Positions 61,501 through 64,000 of a stretch of DNA of 64,000 nucleotides are shown in pieces. Source of the DNA: Phyllosticta citribraziliensis (lineage: Eukaryota); assembly GCF_038025025.1 (NCBI RefSeq), contig NW_027117344.1:1674001-1738000 (forward strand). Reading direction: 5' to 3'. The notes below the pieces were generated by a model. The model made no database searches. It was given only the letters and a program-made list of their open reading frames with translations, and was not told the DNA's origin. A program made the position numbers and the translations under genes. Position 1 is the first letter of the stretch. Each line of letters starts with the position of its first letter.

Positions 61501-62663
61501 AATGCGTGTGGGGGCTGCGTCGTTTTGCCTGGGACTGAAGAAGTGGGCGTCTCGTCATGAAAGGTCTTGTAGACCGCCCCTTGACGAGTATGTTTGTAGC
61601 TCGGCCGGACGGGCGCTCCAATTTCATGACCAACATGTCCGAGGATGGACGCGTCAACACGGTACAGGTTGAGCTGGCGATCACTTCCCCAAGATACTAA
61701 TTGGAACTCGCGCTCATCGATGCCATCTGATATACCTCCACGGGTACGCCAGAGAAACTCTTTGACTTGGTCGTTGTGGCCTTTGAAGGTGTGGACTGGT
61801 CTTACAACAGTATCTTTCTTCTCACCTTCGCCCAAGCGCCGATCATACAGATGAAGATCAAAGTCACCGCGCTGGGGCATTGCCAGTGTTCCCCATCCAA
61901 AAGGAGTATGCCTGGCTCGCCAGACTCCAAAGGGAGTTCGGATGACGCGCTCTAGCATGGACTCCTCGTCTTTGGTGTAGTCCCAAAACTTTATTGACCC
62001 ATCTAAGGAGCAGGTCAATATTCCACCAGCCCGCATGCGATTCCAATCCACCCCGTATATTTTGCTCCTGTGTGCCTCGATGGTCCGCAAGGGGTATACA
62101 CCTTTGCGTTCGTCCCAAATGCAGAGAAACTTGTCGTGGGCGGAGGCAAGAATGTGCGAGTCCTGCCGATTCCATTTGACTTGGGCGGCCCCACCATCCC
62201 ACTGCGCGTAGGAAAAGACTGGTCTATCTGAGGCCCGTAGATCCCACTTGTGCACGAACGTATCCACAGCGCAGGTTGCCAAAATGTCGGGATGGTGTGC
62301 GGAGAGATTGATGTCCGTAATGGCCCTGGAGTGCGCGTGGAGGGTGAGCGGAGGCTGCGTCGCATGATTGAGGTCCCAAATCAAAGCCTTTTGGTTTGAA
62401 GTGCTCGCGACCAAGCCGTCCCTGCAAGCAAAGGGTGACCACTGGACGTCGGCGACCTCCCACAGCGTACGGTGGGCCAAATGTCGCGGCGGAGAATATG
62501 GATTGTCCAAGTCGATGATGTGCAATCCTTCTCGAGAAGCCAGGACAACGTCGCGACTGCTGGGCGACATGGAGGCCGAGCCCACGGGCTCATCGACGCG
62601 GATGGAGGCATCGCGGCCAAACGTGGGGCTGTCGAATGGAGAGCTGTCCCCGTGGGACGGCAT
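58524..62663 (-). CDS. MTC5: WD40 + RWD protein WDR59/Mtc5/Sea3 (SEACAT/GATOR2 subunit)
   Basis: 1379-aa single ORF. Motifs SPSSRDVVLASREGLHIIDL..WEVADVQWSP, HSRAITDIN, QVKWNR, FKGH.DQVKEFLWR, RWD (FPPDYP), NVPLPKQCGAIW..G.LV.F, WGNHPF, DTQMLAMLSC, C-terminal Cys cluster. Confidence 0.92.
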   Translation of the reverse strand: MPSHGDSSPFDSPTFGRDASIRVDEPVGSASMSPSSRDVVLASREGLHIIDLDNPYSPPRHLAHRTLWEVADVQWSPFACRDGLVASTSNQKALIWDLNHATQPPLTLHAHSRAITDINLSAHHPDILATCAVDTFVHKWDLRASDRPVFSYAQWDGGAAQVKWNRQDSHILASAHDKFLCIWDERKGVYPLRTIEAHRSKIYGVDWNRMRAGGILTCSLDGSIKFWDYTKDEESMLERVIRTPFGVWRARHTPFGWGTLAMPQRGDFDLHLYDRRLGEGEKKDTVVRPVHTFKGHNDQVKEFLWRTRGGISDGIDEREFQLVSWGSDRQLNLYRVDASILGHVGHEIGAPVRPSYKHTRQGAVYKTFHDETPTSSVPGKTTQPPHAFSTAPSQLSALFQSAGMSKPSLPYAQTALQGPGASARERGLIGTSGTMQARTREKKTVDKLTWMQGVKIGGPNGQFNRHGSRPDILSPEQHLVWDSPDSLGDEITHVGSKYKKVKFEEVEIPKRTATVTLNGPWGENGDPVFMRISIRFPPDYPVSATPDCKIEKTTSFISPETEDRLESEIKALAEVYKNRKRGSLDAIVSYLLGERGLEESISWLSEAGEGASSVDEESSSDEEDEVGGDFSGTPAMEMSGTDILGPVNANANVPLPKQCGAIWAPDGRLVTFFPPKPEPKPMFSNLATLSSDSRTYKSKRIFEMLGRLKTGSPEPDRKDSSTMSHDDAESQGSWETSSSSSSGSPVMGGISGIAPPVAWRGGPLKFQRSSQHSSAGYESRPSAPKPKSIITIYNFADLLPAKKELAENYEIFGEGPSVCNHNAKVAREHGYADLADIWNLVGLILANEVPLEIMQQSYRREPILIVARRSAVHIKKRDSGLDLSYDEPDAVSRPKLKGRVKWGNHPFAQALVARLFDHFERLADTQMLAMLSCMFHEPAASEGVTNGMMMRLPHADLHLSMRTPAFSLDYYPTKEVASSLFQPTLSITDPSNGYERNPMGSEPAFGKSDRRLNTFGSAGSSNGPWSGDVMSSTPVPHSTSNTPPLFSRVNPYRASGFASIASSPERNKRSNLSTAFSTFSRPFTNAGPSPSPPVNGRTADLSSSAPEKSGVTWGPNTVYDPSSSQGRSSTGQLKRTRTGLSQTPPRGLFSPREEDESNQSDDDSVSSYGAPSPFPESSSSGLITHSDGTALGGRDVIVQVTLKNQDQFDDDGHLSVPLLDQSKEWLHLSYRQSYADQELMAWGLVRERCEVLKFNGMVSYWVDEEPREASDWMAASKETEIRSIIESDTLALETLPCGSTVSSTDLLPWLASSRPSSTKVSPTHAEVGGMNKASETKSRVCMVCWLQLDGLYRTCANCGYAVHKMCGEACLCIGEQCWI

Positions 62664-63044
62664 CGTTGGATGCGCGGGGAGCTACCCCTCGTGCGCTGCT
62701 CATTGATGCGCGAGAAAGGTCATCAGGACGGCGGTGGGTCGGGCGCGGGATCGAAGTTTTCGAGAGAGTTGAGGGAATGGCAGCGGGAAGCTTGAGGCGG
62801 GAGAGGTGCCCGGGCAGGTGGGAGGCCGGTGGGTGACGCAGAAGCCGCGGCGTGTGCCGCTTGGCCGATGACGAGCAAACATACATTCGTGCCCCACGAT
62901 ACCGTCCCTCTTCAACACCACGCTTCCGCTTCGCACCGGCAAACCCACCTTTCTCCTTGCGCGAATCGGCCCATCAGTCGTGCGCAATACTCTCACGCCT
63001 CTCGACAAAGACCCCCGACAACCCCACCGCCTCTGACGTTCACC

Positions 63045-63773
63045 ATGGCGCTCCCCAAGCGTATTGTGAAGGAGACGGAGCGTCTGATGGCAGAACCGTG
63101 AGTCTCGCCTCCTACCAAGCTCTTGCTTCTTTCGGCGTCACTGTGTTTCTTTCGGCTGACTTGTGGCTTTTCAGGGTTCCCGGCATCAGCGCTGTTCCCC
63201 ACGAAGACAACCTGAGATATTTCGACGTGACGGTCCATGGACCCTCGCAGTCCCCTTACGAAGGTCTGTCCTACGGCCCTGCCGACAATAGACACCGCTG
63301 CGTCACTTGATTCATCTCCACCGTTTTGGAGCCGAGTTACGACCTCTGCCGACATTGTGGCGTTGCAGAGGATAGGACAATCAGAGCTGACTTGTGTGCT
63401 GCTGCCTAGGTGGTGTTTTCAAACTCGAGCTCTTCCTTCCCGACGACTACCCCATGACTCCGCCCAAGGTCCGCTTCCTGACCAAAATCTACCACCCGAA
63501 CATTGACAAGCTTGGTCGTATTTGCCTGGACGTCCTGAAGAGTAAGAAGACACCATACCGCAAGTTCTGCCGCGCGCTTCCTAACCAGTAACAGGCAACT
63601 GGTCCCCCGCTCTCCAGATCCGCACCATCCTTCTCTCTATCCAAGCGCTCCTCGGCGCCCCGAACCCGGACGACCCCCTTGCAAATGATGTCGCTCAGCG
63701 TTGGAAGGAGGACCAGAATGCCGCCATTGCGACGGCACGTGAATGGACGCAGACTTATGCGAAACCCCAATGA
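63045..63773 (+). CDS. UBC13: Ubiquitin-conjugating enzyme E2 Ubc13 (K63 chains)
   Basis: Exons 63045-63097, 63175-63263, 63410-63541, 63595-63773 translate to [73 protein letters not shown]. Confidence 0.96.
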
Positions 63774-64000
63774 TTGAACGGAATACAGCCTAGCGACTGC
63801 GTCGTGGATGGGCAAGAACATCGACTGGATATGCAAGCAGTTTAGGAGGATTCTGACGCGCAGTCGAGCCGGTCGCCGTACGGATTGACGGAGAGCGTTG
63901 AGGCGAAACATGGTATAGATGCATCTTTGTTGGTAGGGCCACAAGGGCGTTTGTGGATTTCGCTGCTTGGAACCTCACATTCAGTTCTTTACCCGGTTGC

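Noticed and set aside
1..64000. CRISPR arrays, rRNA genes, transposase/RT genes, additional tRNAs
   Set aside because: I saw no spaced repeat arrays, rRNA signatures or TE protein motifs. Other GTTCGA occurrences (e.g. about 3051 and 53623) lack T-arm pairing.

Overview
Eukaryotic DNA from a filamentous ascomycete (Pezizomycotina-like; short GT..AG introns with CTRAC branch sites), not a prokaryote. I can support 16 protein-coding genes. In order they are: an Arg/Ser-rich DUF3824-like protein, DNA polymerase lambda/Pol4, a DDHD-type phospholipase, a short-chain dehydrogenase, three tandem F-box/Cys-rich paralogs, a ~1,880-aa RRM protein, an Fmp46/DUF1687-like protein, an MFS transporter, RPS30, a secreted CREG-like protein, a Gin4/Hsl1-family kinase, a two-finger C2H2 transcription factor, WDR59/Mtc5 (SEA/GATOR2) and UBC13. 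Four signals stand out. (1) A hidden minus-strand tRNA-shaped gene (4455-4644) has four perfectly paired stems but a non-canonical anticodon loop and a 118-nt insertion. (2) In the F-box triplet, copy 1 has TAG exactly at a Trp conserved in its paralogs, and copy 3 has an apparent 2-bp frameshift. (3) The C2H2 factor has an ATG-less in-frame N-terminal extension that could start at CUG or GUG. (4) A ~13-kb gene-free region lies upstream of that factor. Family names come from my recognition of motifs; no database searches were run.
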